IMG/VR virus record: IMGVR_UViG_3300040856_002284
Location: 1 to 59,200 of that record
Strand: one strand, 5' to 3'
Length of the DNA: 59,200 nt
DNA from: a virus
Lineage: Duplodnaviria; Caudoviricetes
Both the position numbers and the translations under genes were made by a program. Positions 9,557-18,669 of the stretch are shown here, piece by piece. The notes under the pieces were generated by a model. The model made no database searches. It worked only from the letters and a program-made list of their open reading frames with translations, and was not told the DNA's origin. Numbering within the stretch: the first letter of the stretch is position 1; every line of letters starts with the position of its first letter.

Positions 9557-10221
9557 GAGTAATTGCATTTGGTTGCAGTTATACATACGGACACGGACTT
9601 CCCGATTGTATAGATAAAAATAATTATAAAGCACCAGGTCCTAACCCTAGTATTTTTTCTTGGGCAAATTTGTTTGCTACAAAACATATGAAAAGACCTT
9701 GTGTAAATATGTCAAAATGTGGTGCATCAAATCAACGAATTGCTTGGAGCGTTTTAAATTTTGATTTTAGAGAAAACGACTATGTTATTATTTTATGGAC
9801 TCATCCATTTAGGAATGGCATGATAAACCAAGATAAAACCGTAACAGAGTTTAAATGGTATGACTTAAATGAAAAACGGAGCAAGTTATACTTTCAACAT
9901 ATAGACAATGATGTTAATAGTTTATACAATTATGCAAGTAGTATAAATTTAGTAGAAAAATATTTGAAAATTAAGAAAATTAATTTTTTAAACTTAGAAC
10001 ATGTTGATAGTAAAAACCTATTCAAAGAACACAATCTAATTAATTTGCACGACACACTAGAATTTCATAACTACGGGCTATACTTTTGTGCGCCGCCTGT
10101 TCGGTTTCAAGACTTAGCAGTTGATAAAAGACATCCTGGACGCAAAGCGCATCATTGGTATGCTACACGATTAGCTGAAAAAACAAAAGTAAAACTTAAC
10201 TTAGAAAAAGTTTTGAAATAA
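9553..10221 (+). CDS. SGNH hydrolase-like protein
   Basis: FGCSYTYG, CGASN, D.RHPG...H. Confidence 0.7.
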   Translation: MRVIAFGCSYTYGHGLPDCIDKNNYKAPGPNPSIFSWANLFATKHMKRPCVNMSKCGASNQRIAWSVLNFDFRENDYVIILWTHPFRNGMINQDKTVTEFKWYDLNEKRSKLYFQHIDNDVNSLYNYASSINLVEKYLKIKKINFLNLEHVDSKNLFKEHNLINLHDTLEFHNYGLYFCAPPVRFQDLAVDKRHPGRKAHHWYATRLAEKTKVKLNLEKVLK

Positions 10222-10229
10222 TAAAGATA

Positions 10230-10925
10230 ATGTCTAAATTACAAAGTCAAAATATAAAACGTTTGATTACTTATGGATGCAGTTATACTTACGGACATGG
10301 ATTACCTGATTGTATTCATAAAAAAAATATAAGTTGGCCTGGAGAATACCCAAGTTCTTTCGCATGGCCAAAACTTCTTTCTAAATATCTTAACATTAAA
10401 AAGATAGATAACAGGGCTAAATGCGGTAGTAGCATTAAAGAGCTAGGATATAACATTTTACAATCATCATTGAATGTGTCAACAGACTTTGTAATTATTA
10501 TGTGGACAAATCCTTTTAGAGTTGGTATTTTAAACGATGATGATACTACAACAAATCTAGGACATTGGGGTATAGGAGATTCAAATACAAAAAATTATTA
10601 CAAACGATATTATAATGATTTAGACATGTTATATAATTATGCAAGTTCTGTTATTATGTGTAATGAGTTTTTAAAATCAGAAGGTGTTAAGTTTTTGACT
10701 ATCGAATATACTCCTTCTTTTACATACTTTAATAAGTTTAGAAAAAATCATTGGTATAAATTGTGTAATTTTCAAAATGATGAAAAATATTTTGTTTTAC
10801 CTCCTCGAGATTATATGGATTATGCAATAGATGGTAATCACCCGGGCATAAAACAACATGAGTGGTATGCACAAGTTTTAAAAAATCAAATAATTCAAAA
10901 AAAAATATTGACAATAGCTAAATAG
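10230..10925 (+). CDS. SGNH hydrolase-like protein (tandem paralog)
   Basis: GCSYTYGHGLPDCI shared with the previous gene; DGNHPG...H. Confidence 0.7.
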   Translation: MSKLQSQNIKRLITYGCSYTYGHGLPDCIHKKNISWPGEYPSSFAWPKLLSKYLNIKKIDNRAKCGSSIKELGYNILQSSLNVSTDFVIIMWTNPFRVGILNDDDTTTNLGHWGIGDSNTKNYYKRYYNDLDMLYNYASSVIMCNEFLKSEGVKFLTIEYTPSFTYFNKFRKNHWYKLCNFQNDEKYFVLPPRDYMDYAIDGNHPGIKQHEWYAQVLKNQIIQKKILTIAK

Positions 10926-10935
10926 ATGCTATAGT
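10908..10935 (+). promoter_or_regulatory. sigma70-like promoter of the tRNA cluster
   Basis: TTGACA-16-TATAGT with TG extension. Confidence 0.6.
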
Positions 10936-10977
10936 AATTAAGTAAGCAGTAATGTTTACATGTTATTTGAAAACTTA

Positions 10978-11053
10978 GCCGCTTTAGCTCAGCTGGTAGA
11001 GCAACTGATTTGTAATCAGTGGGTCGGGAGTTCAAGTCTCTCAAGCGGCACCA
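10978..11053 (+). tRNA. tRNA-Thr(TGT)
   Basis: Cloverleaf, CCA. Confidence 0.95.
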
Positions 11054-11057
11054 TTAT

Positions 11058-11132
11058 TCCGGAATAGCTCAGCGGTAGAGCAAGTGGCTGTTAACCACTG
11101 GGTCGTAGGTTCGATCCCTACTTCCGGAGCCA
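11058..11132 (+). tRNA. tRNA-Asn(GTT)
   Basis: Cloverleaf, CCA. Confidence 0.95.
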
Positions 11133-11133
11133 T

Positions 11134-11218
11134 GCGAGTATGGTGAAATTGGTAGACACGCTAGATTTAGGTTCTAGTGCTTTACAGCGTGGGGGTTCAA
11201 GTCCCTCTACTCGCACCA
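11134..11218 (+). tRNA. tRNA-Leu(TAG)
   Basis: Cloverleaf, variable arm, CCA. Confidence 0.95.
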
Positions 11219-11222
11219 TTAT

Positions 11223-11296
11223 GTCGGTGAAGTGTTATGGTAGCACGTCAGTCTCCAAAACTGAAAGCCGGGGTTCGACTCCCTGCACCGATGCCA
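11223..11296 (+). tRNA. tRNA-Trp(CCA)
   Basis: TCAGT-CTCCAAA-ACTGA arm, CCA. Confidence 0.9.
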
Positions 11297-11298
11297 AT

Positions 11299-11375
11299 CT
11301 CGGTATAGCACAGCCTGGTAGTGCGCTTGTTTTGGGTACAAGAGGTCGTTGGTTCGAATCCAGCTACCGAGACCA
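11299..11375 (+). tRNA. tRNA-Pro(TGG)
   Basis: Cloverleaf, CCA. Confidence 0.95.
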
Positions 11376-11379
11376 TAAA

Positions 11380-11455
11380 GGGGATATAGCTCAGTTGGGA
11401 GAGCGATTGATTTGCATTCAATAGGTCATCGGTTCGATCCCGGTTATCTCCACCA
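11380..11455 (+). tRNA. tRNA-Ala(TGC)
   Basis: Cloverleaf, G3-U70, CCA. Confidence 0.95.
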
Positions 11456-11459
11456 ATAT

Positions 11460-11549
11460 GTTGGTTGCTACGGATTAGCAACAACTGCTAGGATGCCGGG
11501 CAGGCGTAGGCAGTTGTTTAAGTAGAGGTCGGAACTCTTGCCAGCACCA
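11460..11549 (+). ncRNA. Non-canonical tRNA-like RNA
   Basis: GTTGGT/GCCAGC-A-CCA ends; TGCTA/TAGCA hairpin; long ACAACTGC/GCAGTTGT arm; AGAG-GTCGGAA-CTCT T-like arm. Confidence 0.7.
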
Positions 11550-11554
11550 ATAAT

Positions 11555-11629
11555 GCGGAGGTAGCTCAGTGGTAGAGCTCTTGCTTGCCAAGCAAGTGGT
11601 CGTGGGTTCGAACCCCATTCTCCGCTCCA
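11555..11629 (+). tRNA. tRNA-Gly(GCC)
   Basis: Cloverleaf, CCA. Confidence 0.95.
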
Positions 11630-11636
11630 AATTTAA

Positions 11637-11712
11637 GGCCTGTTGGTAAAGTGGTTAATACGTCTGCCTGTCACGCAGAAGAACACCGGTTCGATCCCGG
11701 TACAGGTCGCCA
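11637..11712 (+). tRNA. tRNA-Asp(GTC)
   Basis: Cloverleaf, CCA. Confidence 0.95.
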
Positions 11713-11716
11713 ACAT

Positions 11717-11792
11717 TGGGAATTAGCTCAATTGGTAGAGCAACGGTTTTTGGTACCGTAGGTTCCAGGTTCGAGTCCTGGATTCCCAGCCA
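11717..11792 (+). tRNA. tRNA-Gln(TTG)
   Basis: U1-A72, anticodon TTG, CCA. Confidence 0.93.
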
Positions 11793-11793
11793 T

Positions 11794-11870
11794 GTGCATG
11801 TGTAGCTGAATGGTTAGGCCGCGGATTGCAAATCCGTTTTATGCAGGTTCGAGTCCTGTCATGCACTCCA
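11794..11870 (+). tRNA. tRNA-Cys(GCA)
   Basis: Anticodon GCA, U73 discriminator, CCA. Confidence 0.9.
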
Positions 11871-11876
11871 AATTAT

Positions 11877-11951
11877 GCGGACGTAGCTCAGGGGTAGAGC
11901 GCTGTCCTTCCAAGTCAGATGTCGCCAGTTCGAATCTGGTCGTCCGCTCCA
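11877..11951 (+). tRNA. tRNA-Gly(TCC)
   Basis: Cloverleaf, CCA. Confidence 0.93.
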
Positions 11952-11966
11952 ACTAAAAGGTAATTG

Positions 11967-12194
11967 ATGTTTAGTGTAGAATTTGACCATGACGAAGTTT
12001 TAATTACAATTGTTGACGATACTAACGATTGTGAAGATGTAATTGTTAATAGTTTCGATGACATAGTTTATATTAGACAATGGGATGAAGACATTAACAT
12101 GATGCAAGCAATAGCAATGACACCAAAAATGTGGGAAGAATTAATGACAAGTATTCATTCTTCAGAAGGTGTTTACATCTCAAATCGTAAATAA
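11967..12194 (+). CDS. Acidic hypothetical protein
   Basis: AAGGT upstream of ATG. Confidence 0.6.
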   Translation: MFSVEFDHDEVLITIVDDTNDCEDVIVNSFDDIVYIRQWDEDINMMQAIAMTPKMWEELMTSIHSSEGVYISNRK

Positions 12195-12197
12195 CAT

Positions 12198-12362
12198 ATG
12201 ATAAGAGCACAGAAAGAAATTATCTGGCATCTAACTTGCACTAGTTGCAAGCACTATTGGTCTTTCCCTACAATGAACGATAAATACCGCATTGACAGAG
12301 CACAATTATATTGCCCAGGATGTGGTAGAAAATGTGGTGTTGAAATAGAAGAACAACAATAG
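12198..12362 (+). CDS. Zn-ribbon small protein (54 aa, not in ORF track)
   Basis: CTSC...CPGCG. Confidence 0.6.
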   Translation: MIRAQKEIIWHLTCTSCKHYWSFPTMNDKYRIDRAQLYCPGCGRKCGVEIEEQQ

Positions 12363-12451
12363 GTGGGTTGGCAGAGCGGTTGAATGCACTGGTCTTGAAA
12401 ACCAGCGAAGGTGAAAGTCTTCCCAGGGTTCGAATCCCTGACCCACCGCCA
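12362..12451 (+). tRNA. tRNA-Ser(TGA)
   Basis: Cloverleaf with long variable arm, CCA. Confidence 0.95.
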
Positions 12452-12559
12452 TTTTGTTAAAAAAAGTTAATATATACGAATACTTCTTGTTTTAAATGCT
12501 AAATACATTGTATACGTTGATATACATTTTATGCGCATATAAAACGAAAGGAGGCTAAA

Positions 12560-13195
12560 ATGATAACAATGCACAATGAAGTTAAGAAAGCAGTTATTAG
12601 AAGCCAGCATTGCCAACGTAATTTTGATTTGACAAAAGAAATGCCACAGGAGGATCTGGATCTTCTTGTACATGCGGCTACTAATTGTCCAAGTAAACAA
12701 AACATCCGTTTTTACAACCTACATGTTTTTACTGATCTAGAAAAGATTGCTAAAATTCATGAAATGACAACAGGTGTTGATGCTTATGACAAGGACGGAA
12801 ACTTTGTTCCAACTACAAACAGCCAAACAATGGCTAATGTACTATTTGTATTCGAAAGAAGAGAAATTGATCAACTTTCAGAATTCGGATCACGTAAGTG
12901 GACAACAGCTGACATGGCAGCTATTAATGTTTATGAAAGAGATCTTGCAACAGCAACAGGTATTGCAGCAGGATACGTAAACGTAACAGCTGGTATGCTA
13001 GGTTACGGCACTGGTTGCTGCCAGTGTTTCCAAATTGAAAACATCAAAGAGTATCTAGGTTTAGAGAACGATCCAGTTCTACTAATGGGTATTGGTTTCA
13101 AAAACGGAGAGAAAAACCGTAGAGTTCACGCAACAGAAGAACTAGTGTTCCCAACACGCAAAAAAGAAGACATCGTTGTAACTTACAATAAGTAA
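12560..13195 (+). CDS. Nitroreductase-family flavoprotein
   Basis: QRNFD, A...PS.QN, A..LGYGTG, LLMGIGF; GGAGG RBS. Confidence 0.8.
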   Translation: MITMHNEVKKAVIRSQHCQRNFDLTKEMPQEDLDLLVHAATNCPSKQNIRFYNLHVFTDLEKIAKIHEMTTGVDAYDKDGNFVPTTNSQTMANVLFVFERREIDQLSEFGSRKWTTADMAAINVYERDLATATGIAAGYVNVTAGMLGYGTGCCQCFQIENIKEYLGLENDPVLLMGIGFKNGEKNRRVHATEELVFPTRKKEDIVVTYNK

Positions 13196-13209
13196 TGACA
13201 CACACATGG

Positions 13210-13233
13210 AAAGGCCTTTTTTTAGGCCTTTTC
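13210..13233 (+). terminator. Intrinsic terminator
   Basis: AAAGGCCT-TTTTTT-AGGCCTTT followed by T-rich tail. Confidence 0.65.
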
Positions 13234-13235
13234 TC

Positions 13236-13264
13236 TTGACTTATTGCTCGCTATAAATTATACT
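13236..13264 (+). promoter_or_regulatory. sigma70-like promoter
   Basis: TTGACT-17-TATACT. Confidence 0.6.
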
Positions 13265-13283
13265 ATTGCTGCGAGGTAAAAAA

Positions 13284-13469
13284 ATGAGTTGGATGAAAAA
13301 CTATCATGTAGAAGGCGAATGGACGCAACCTTACAGAACACATGGGTTGTTATGGGAATCTATTGAGACCGTCAGTATCTGTGACGAAATGGACAAACTT
13401 GAAAGTTCATTGCGTACTACAGCTTTGGCAGCAAAAATGCTTAAAGATATTGGAGTTAAAGTAAAATGA
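13284..13469 (+). CDS. Hypothetical protein
   Basis: GAGG RBS before ATG 13284. Confidence 0.55.
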   Translation: MSWMKNYHVEGEWTQPYRTHGLLWESIETVSICDEMDKLESSLRTTALAAKMLKDIGVKVK

Positions 13470-13657
13470 TTATTTTAGGTTATAGAGCAGATGCAGACTT
13501 CTTCAAAGCAAAGATTACCATCAGCAAGCACACTCATTTCAATTTAAGTGAAAGTAAGGCAATTTGTGATGCCATACAAGAAGGTCAGGCAGTTAACTTG
13601 CCTGACGACTTTGTACTCAAAGAAGATTTACTTGAACTTAGTTTTTTTGTGGACTGA
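13466..13657 (+). CDS. Hypothetical protein (weak resemblance to the L7/L12 C-terminal domain)
   Basis: ATGA coupling; KAKITISKHTHFNLSESKAICD. Confidence 0.5.
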   Translation: MIILGYRADADFFKAKITISKHTHFNLSESKAICDAIQEGQAVNLPDDFVLKEDLLELSFFVD

Positions 13658-13877
13658 TTAGCAATTCTTCATATTTTGCAATATCAGTTATACACACGTA
13701 GGTATTGTTACCTACGTTAACCAAGTTATAATCTTCTGATTCGTTTATGTAACTACCTTTAACGTCATGCAGCTCTACTACAGCAGATCTACTTGGAATA
13801 TTAGTAGATGCAAACCTTCCTTTAGGGCTTAGATGACTTTCTTTTAAGTAAGTAGGATAATACCATTTGTTCTTCAT
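13638..13877 (-). CDS. Hypothetical protein
   Basis: TATAAATA on the minus strand 4 nt before its ATG. Confidence 0.55.
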   Translation of the reverse strand: MKNKWYYPTYLKESHLSPKGRFASTNIPSRSAVVELHDVKGSYINESEDYNLVNVGNNTYVCITDIAKYEELLISPQKN

Positions 13878-13881
13878 ATAT

Positions 13882-13900
13882 TATTTATAGAAATTAAATA
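13882..13900. promoter_or_regulatory. Back-to-back late-like promoters
   Basis: Minus TATAAATA 13889-13882; plus TTAAATA 13894-13900; each 4 nt from an ATG. Confidence 0.55.
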
Positions 13901-13904
13901 CATC

Positions 13905-15101
13905 ATGAAACCAATTTACTATGTAATACCAGAGTTATCAGCTAATCCACATACAAGTGCTCACACTGAAAATCTTGGACCAAAACCAACTACACAGCTT
14001 GAGCCTTATTTTAATCATTTTGATAGATTTAATCCTAGACAATTTGTGTCTACTGAAATGTTGCCATTTTTACCCAAAGATGCAATTAAAATAATCAGCA
14101 TTTTTGTATACCTTCCGGCGAGCTGTGAATTTACAATAGATAAAAAATTAAAAAAACTTGTTAATACTGATGTTAACACATTTTTAGGTTTATGGAGTGT
14201 GCAAGAAGCTCAACTTAACGAGCATAGAATAACCGCAGCTATAGAACAAAATAAAGTAAAAAAAGAAAAAACAATACTTATAACTACAAATTATGAAAAT
14301 CATTTAAAGAAAGTTGCCGATGTAAATCATGTGTTTATAAACTATTGGGAAAGTTATACACGCAGATGTTTTAGACTTACAAGTAACTTCAGTCGTATCA
14401 CTCCAAAGCAACGATTAGAAAGTTTAGATACAGCAAACAAAAAGTTTATTTCATTAAATAGAAATGTTAGACATCATAGACTTTGGTGGTATTATGCAAT
14501 ATGTAAATTAGATATGTTAAACGAAGGTCATGTAAGTTATTTGCTACCCGAAATAAGTTTACGTCTACATGAAGATTTTTTACATGGTACATTGGTCAAG
14601 CAAAAACTTCCTGATGCAATTAAAGATAGTTTTGCAAATGATTTCAAAAAATTGTGCAAAATACGTAAATTAGATGATGCAGATAAAAAATGGATTATAA
14701 ACTTTCAAAATGGTGTTACTAACTATTATCACGATAGTCTGTTTAGTTTAGTTACAGAAAGCAGTATTAGATCTAATTTTTTAACTGAAAAAACCTATAA
14801 AGCAATTTATCATATGCACCCGTTTTTTGTAATAGGGATAAAAGATCAACACCAACTTTTAAGAGATAGAGGGTATTATACATTTGAAGATTTTTTTGGT
14901 GTAGAAGAAGTTACCGATTATTCACAAGCAATTGAACTTTTACAAAAAGTTAAAAAAACATCTATAAGTGAATATAAAACCAAAGTAAAAAAAGTTTTTG
15001 ACAAATTAGAACATAACATGTATAATTTTATTAATCGTGAAATAAGTTGGACTGACTTTGAACGAGACTTGCGTAAGGCTATAAATGGACAAATACGGTA
15101 A
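13905..15101 (+). CDS. Putative glycosyltransferase (GT10-like TEK motif)
   Basis: SLVTES...FLTEKTYKAI...PF...G. Confidence 0.5.
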   Translation: MKPIYYVIPELSANPHTSAHTENLGPKPTTQLEPYFNHFDRFNPRQFVSTEMLPFLPKDAIKIISIFVYLPASCEFTIDKKLKKLVNTDVNTFLGLWSVQEAQLNEHRITAAIEQNKVKKEKTILITTNYENHLKKVADVNHVFINYWESYTRRCFRLTSNFSRITPKQRLESLDTANKKFISLNRNVRHHRLWWYYAICKLDMLNEGHVSYLLPEISLRLHEDFLHGTLVKQKLPDAIKDSFANDFKKLCKIRKLDDADKKWIINFQNGVTNYYHDSLFSLVTESSIRSNFLTEKTYKAIYHMHPFFVIGIKDQHQLLRDRGYYTFEDFFGVEEVTDYSQAIELLQKVKKTSISEYKTKVKKVFDKLEHNMYNFINREISWTDFERDLRKAINGQIR

Positions 15102-16278
15102 AAACTTTTGTATGGCACCTTGGGTGCATATGAGCGTCTGGCAGACTGGAGACGCTTACCCGTGTTGCATTTACGATTGGAATAAACCTATCGGAAATAT
15201 AAACGAAAATGGGTTTAAGGGTGTTTGGAATAGCCATAAGATGCGCCAACTTAGACTTGATATGCTTCAAGATAGAGCCAGTCCAGGTTGTTCTAAATGC
15301 ATTATGTATGATAATCAAGGAATACTAAGTTATAGGTATAAATTTAATAATGAATATATTCACCATTACGATTTAGTAGAAACAACAAAAGAAGATGGCA
15401 GCGTAGATAAATTAAATGTTGCTTACTTTGATGTTAGATTTAGTAATCTTTGTAATATGAAATGTCGAACATGTGGTCCTCATTTTAGCAGTAAATGGGC
15501 AGAAGATACAGAAGGCAAACCTCGTGTTGTAGAAATTAATCACCCAGGTATGTGGGAAGAAATAGAAACAATGCTGCCTAATATAGAAGAAATATATTTT
15601 ACAGGTGGCGAGAGTATGTTTATGGATCAGCACTATAAGTTACTAGATTTGCTTATACAAAACAACTTAAAACCAAAACTAACCTATAATAGCAATGGCA
15701 GTAGATTAAGTCTAAAAAACAAACATATAAAAGATTACTGGAATCACTTTGATAATATATTCTTTGGCATAAGTTTAGATCAAATTGAATCTAAAGCTGA
15801 GTACACTAGACATGGACAACCGTGGAATACTATACTAGAAAATTTACTTTACATTAGAAACGAATTTCCACAGGTAACTATACAACCAAATCCTACAATA
15901 AATGTTTACAATATTTTAAACTTAAGAGAAATAGTGAACTTTTTGTTTAAATATAATCTTGCTACAGATTATGATATAAATTTAAGTAATATTTTAGTAG
16001 GTCCTAACTATTTAAGTTGTACTATATTACCACAAGAACTCAAAGACGTTGCTGTAAAAAAATTAGATCAATTGATTAAGGATTTTGATTACTTTGATAT
16101 GTATCCACAACGTAAAGATTTTTTAACTGATCAAGTTAACAACATAAAAAATTATTTGCAAAGCAAAGATGATACTGATCTTATACCAAAATTTAAAGAA
16201 GAAATGCAAAAGTTAGATAACATAAGGAATGAAAACTTTATAAAAGTATTTCCAGAATTGAGAGTGCTGTATGACTAA
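15085..16278 (+). CDS. Radical SAM protein with N-terminal twitch-like domain
   Basis: CMAPW, PCC, CSKC; CNMKCRTC; TGGE. Confidence 0.92.
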   Translation: MDKYGKNFCMAPWVHMSVWQTGDAYPCCIYDWNKPIGNINENGFKGVWNSHKMRQLRLDMLQDRASPGCSKCIMYDNQGILSYRYKFNNEYIHHYDLVETTKEDGSVDKLNVAYFDVRFSNLCNMKCRTCGPHFSSKWAEDTEGKPRVVEINHPGMWEEIETMLPNIEEIYFTGGESMFMDQHYKLLDLLIQNNLKPKLTYNSNGSRLSLKNKHIKDYWNHFDNIFFGISLDQIESKAEYTRHGQPWNTILENLLYIRNEFPQVTIQPNPTINVYNILNLREIVNFLFKYNLATDYDINLSNILVGPNYLSCTILPQELKDVAVKKLDQLIKDFDYFDMYPQRKDFLTDQVNNIKNYLQSKDDTDLIPKFKEEMQKLDNIRNENFIKVFPELRVLYD

Positions 16279-17464
16279 TAAAACTTTTTGCATGATGCCT
16301 TGGGTTCATATGCATCTTTGGCCGGCTGGTTATACATATCCTTGTTGTATGGCAGATCCAGAATTACCTGTTGGTAACACACAAACACAAAGTTTACAAG
16401 ATATTTGGAATGGTCCAGAGATGCGTCAGTTGCGTCTCAATATGCTACAAAACAAACAATCACCCGAATGCCGGCGTTGTTATGAACTTGAAGAAAATGG
16501 TATGTGGACATTGCGTAAGAGCTCAAACGAAAACTTTAAACATCATCAAAACAAAGTTGAAGAAACTAGCGATGATGGCAGTGCAGGTGACATAAACATG
16601 GCATACATGGATATACGTTTCAGTAACCTGTGTAATTTAAAATGTCGTAGTTGTGGTCCGCAATTCAGCAGTAGTTGGTTCGAAGATCACAAACAAACAC
16701 ACGGCGATCCAGGGCATCCTAAAATACTTAAAGTGCGTGATGACATGTTGAGCTTTATGGATGAACTAGATCCGTTGCTTGAAAGTGTAGAACGTGTATA
16801 TTGGGCAGGCGGTGAACCATTGATAACAGACGAACACTATAGAATACTTGACAAATGGATTGCTATGGGTAAACGTGATGTTAAAATGGATTATACGACA
16901 AATTTTACACAAATGCGTTACAAACGTAAAACAGCATTTGAATATTGGAATGCGTTTGAAAATGTGCGTGTAGCAGCAAGTTTAGATGCTAATCATGCCC
17001 GCGGTGAATACTTGCGTAAAAATATGGACTGGGCACAGGTTGTGCAAAACCGTCGTGATATGATTGAGCAGTGTCCTCAAGTGTATTTTGAAATTACGCC
17101 AACGGTTAGTGTTTACAATGTTTTCAATCTACCCGACTTCCACAAAGAATGGATAGAAGAAGGGTTATTAGAACCTCAAAACATACGAATTAATATTTTA
17201 TTAGATCCTACTTACATGCGTTTAAGTTTATTACCACCTTGGTTAAAAGATAAAGTTAGATTAAGATACATGGAGCATTTAAAGTATTTAGACCAATTTG
17301 ATAATATAAATGAAGTAAAAAACAATTACGAAAGTATTTTAAAATTTTTAAGTGACGATCATTCAGACGAAATAAAAATGTTTTTATTTAAAACAAAGCG
17401 TATGGATATGGTTAGGCAAGAAAGTTTTCAAAAAATATTTCCAGAACTAAGAGATATAGAATGA
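16271..17464 (+). CDS. Radical SAM protein with N-terminal twitch-like domain
   Basis: CMMPW, PCC, CRRC; CNLKCRSC; GGEP. Confidence 0.92.
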   Translation: MTNKTFCMMPWVHMHLWPAGYTYPCCMADPELPVGNTQTQSLQDIWNGPEMRQLRLNMLQNKQSPECRRCYELEENGMWTLRKSSNENFKHHQNKVEETSDDGSAGDINMAYMDIRFSNLCNLKCRSCGPQFSSSWFEDHKQTHGDPGHPKILKVRDDMLSFMDELDPLLESVERVYWAGGEPLITDEHYRILDKWIAMGKRDVKMDYTTNFTQMRYKRKTAFEYWNAFENVRVAASLDANHARGEYLRKNMDWAQVVQNRRDMIEQCPQVYFEITPTVSVYNVFNLPDFHKEWIEEGLLEPQNIRINILLDPTYMRLSLLPPWLKDKVRLRYMEHLKYLDQFDNINEVKNNYESILKFLSDDHSDEIKMFLFKTKRMDMVRQESFQKIFPELRDIE

Positions 17465-18669
17465 ACGACACATATTGTGTATACCCATTTATAAACGTAC
17501 ATACAAACACAGACGGAAGATGTAAATTATGCTGTCATGTTTATAGCGAAGATTATATACAGGCAGACGGACATGACGCTGTGTTAGGCAAAGACCGTTG
17601 GGAAAATATTTGGAATGGCGAATACATGTTAAATGTACGAGCTAATATGTTAGCAGGAAAGCCTGTTAAAGAATGTAGTCGCTGCTACGAGCACGAAGAA
17701 AAAGGTTTACAAAGCAGTAGGCAATGGGCAAACGCTAACTATAAAGCGCCATTACTGCATAGCAATCCTACTCACCTGGAACTTAGGCTTGGTAATCACT
17801 GCAACTTAAAGTGTAATAGTTGTTGGAGTGTTAGCAGCGACAACATTTACAAAGAACGCAAAAAGATTATGAGCAAAGAGCGTTTACCTACTTGGTTGCA
17901 TGATCAATGGGCACACGAAATACGCAGTGTAGAAGAACACGACTGGCAATGGTATGAAACACAAGAGTTTCGTGACTTTGTAGATACGGTAGCACCTACA
18001 TTAGAACGTTTGTACATGACAGGTGGAGAGCCTACCCTTATACAAGCAAACCAGTATGTGTTGGATAAACTTGTTGAAGTTAGCAATACAAAATGTCATG
18101 TTGCATGGACTACAAACATGACAACATGGCCAGAAGGATTTTATGATAAACTAGATTTCTTTAACAGCAGTGAAGTACAGATGAGTATAGATGGATATGG
18201 TGATCATAACATGTATATCCGCTATCCTACAGATTGGAACAAAGTTGAAGAAAACTTTGCAAAAGCAATGACACTGCCGGAAAAAGTACAACTCAAAATT
18301 TATTTTGTATATCAAGCATGGAATGTGTTTGATGTTGCACCATTAGTAAAGTGGCTAGAAAGCACACAAACAAGGCGTGTTGACTTTGTGCCTATCTTCT
18401 TAGAGCATCCTGATCAATTACATAGTTGTGTATGGCCTAACGAAATTTTGCATAAAGCATTAGATGATTTGCGTATGATTAAAACAACACACCATAAAGA
18501 TCCTGTACAAAGAATCATTAACTACACACTTAATACGGATAAATACAGCGTAGAAAACATAAAACGTATGAAGCAATTTATTGCTATAAATGACAAATAT
18601 AGAAAACACAAGTTTAGTACTATATTTCCATTGTTAGATTTAATATTGGAAACTGAATGCAAGATATAA
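17461..18669 (+). CDS. Radical SAM protein with N-terminal twitch-like domain
   Basis: CVYPF, LCC, CSRC; CNLKCNSC; GGEP. Confidence 0.92.
   Translation: MNDTYCVYPFINVHTNTDGRCKLCCHVYSEDYIQADGHDAVLGKDRWENIWNGEYMLNVRANMLAGKPVKECSRCYEHEEKGLQSSRQWANANYKAPLLHSNPTHLELRLGNHCNLKCNSCWSVSSDNIYKERKKIMSKERLPTWLHDQWAHEIRSVEEHDWQWYETQEFRDFVDTVAPTLERLYMTGGEPTLIQANQYVLDKLVEVSNTKCHVAWTTNMTTWPEGFYDKLDFFNSSEVQMSIDGYGDHNMYIRYPTDWNKVEENFAKAMTLPEKVQLKIYFVYQAWNVFDVAPLVKWLESTQTRRVDFVPIFLEHPDQLHSCVWPNEILHKALDDLRMIKTTHHKDPVQRIINYTLNTDKYSVENIKRMKQFIAINDKYRKHKFSTIFPLLDLILETECKI

Noticed and set aside
9358-9687. 109-aa minus-strand ORF
   Set aside because: Antisense to tRNA-Ser and an SGNH-like gene
11140-11484. ORFs 11140-11424(+) and 11248-11484(-)
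   Set aside because: They lie entirely over tRNA genes
11460-11549. Calling this tmRNA, SRP RNA or tRNA-Sec
   Set aside because: No Ala-type G3-U70 acceptor or tag ORF, no CAGG/AGCA loop with GNRA cap, no TCA anticodon
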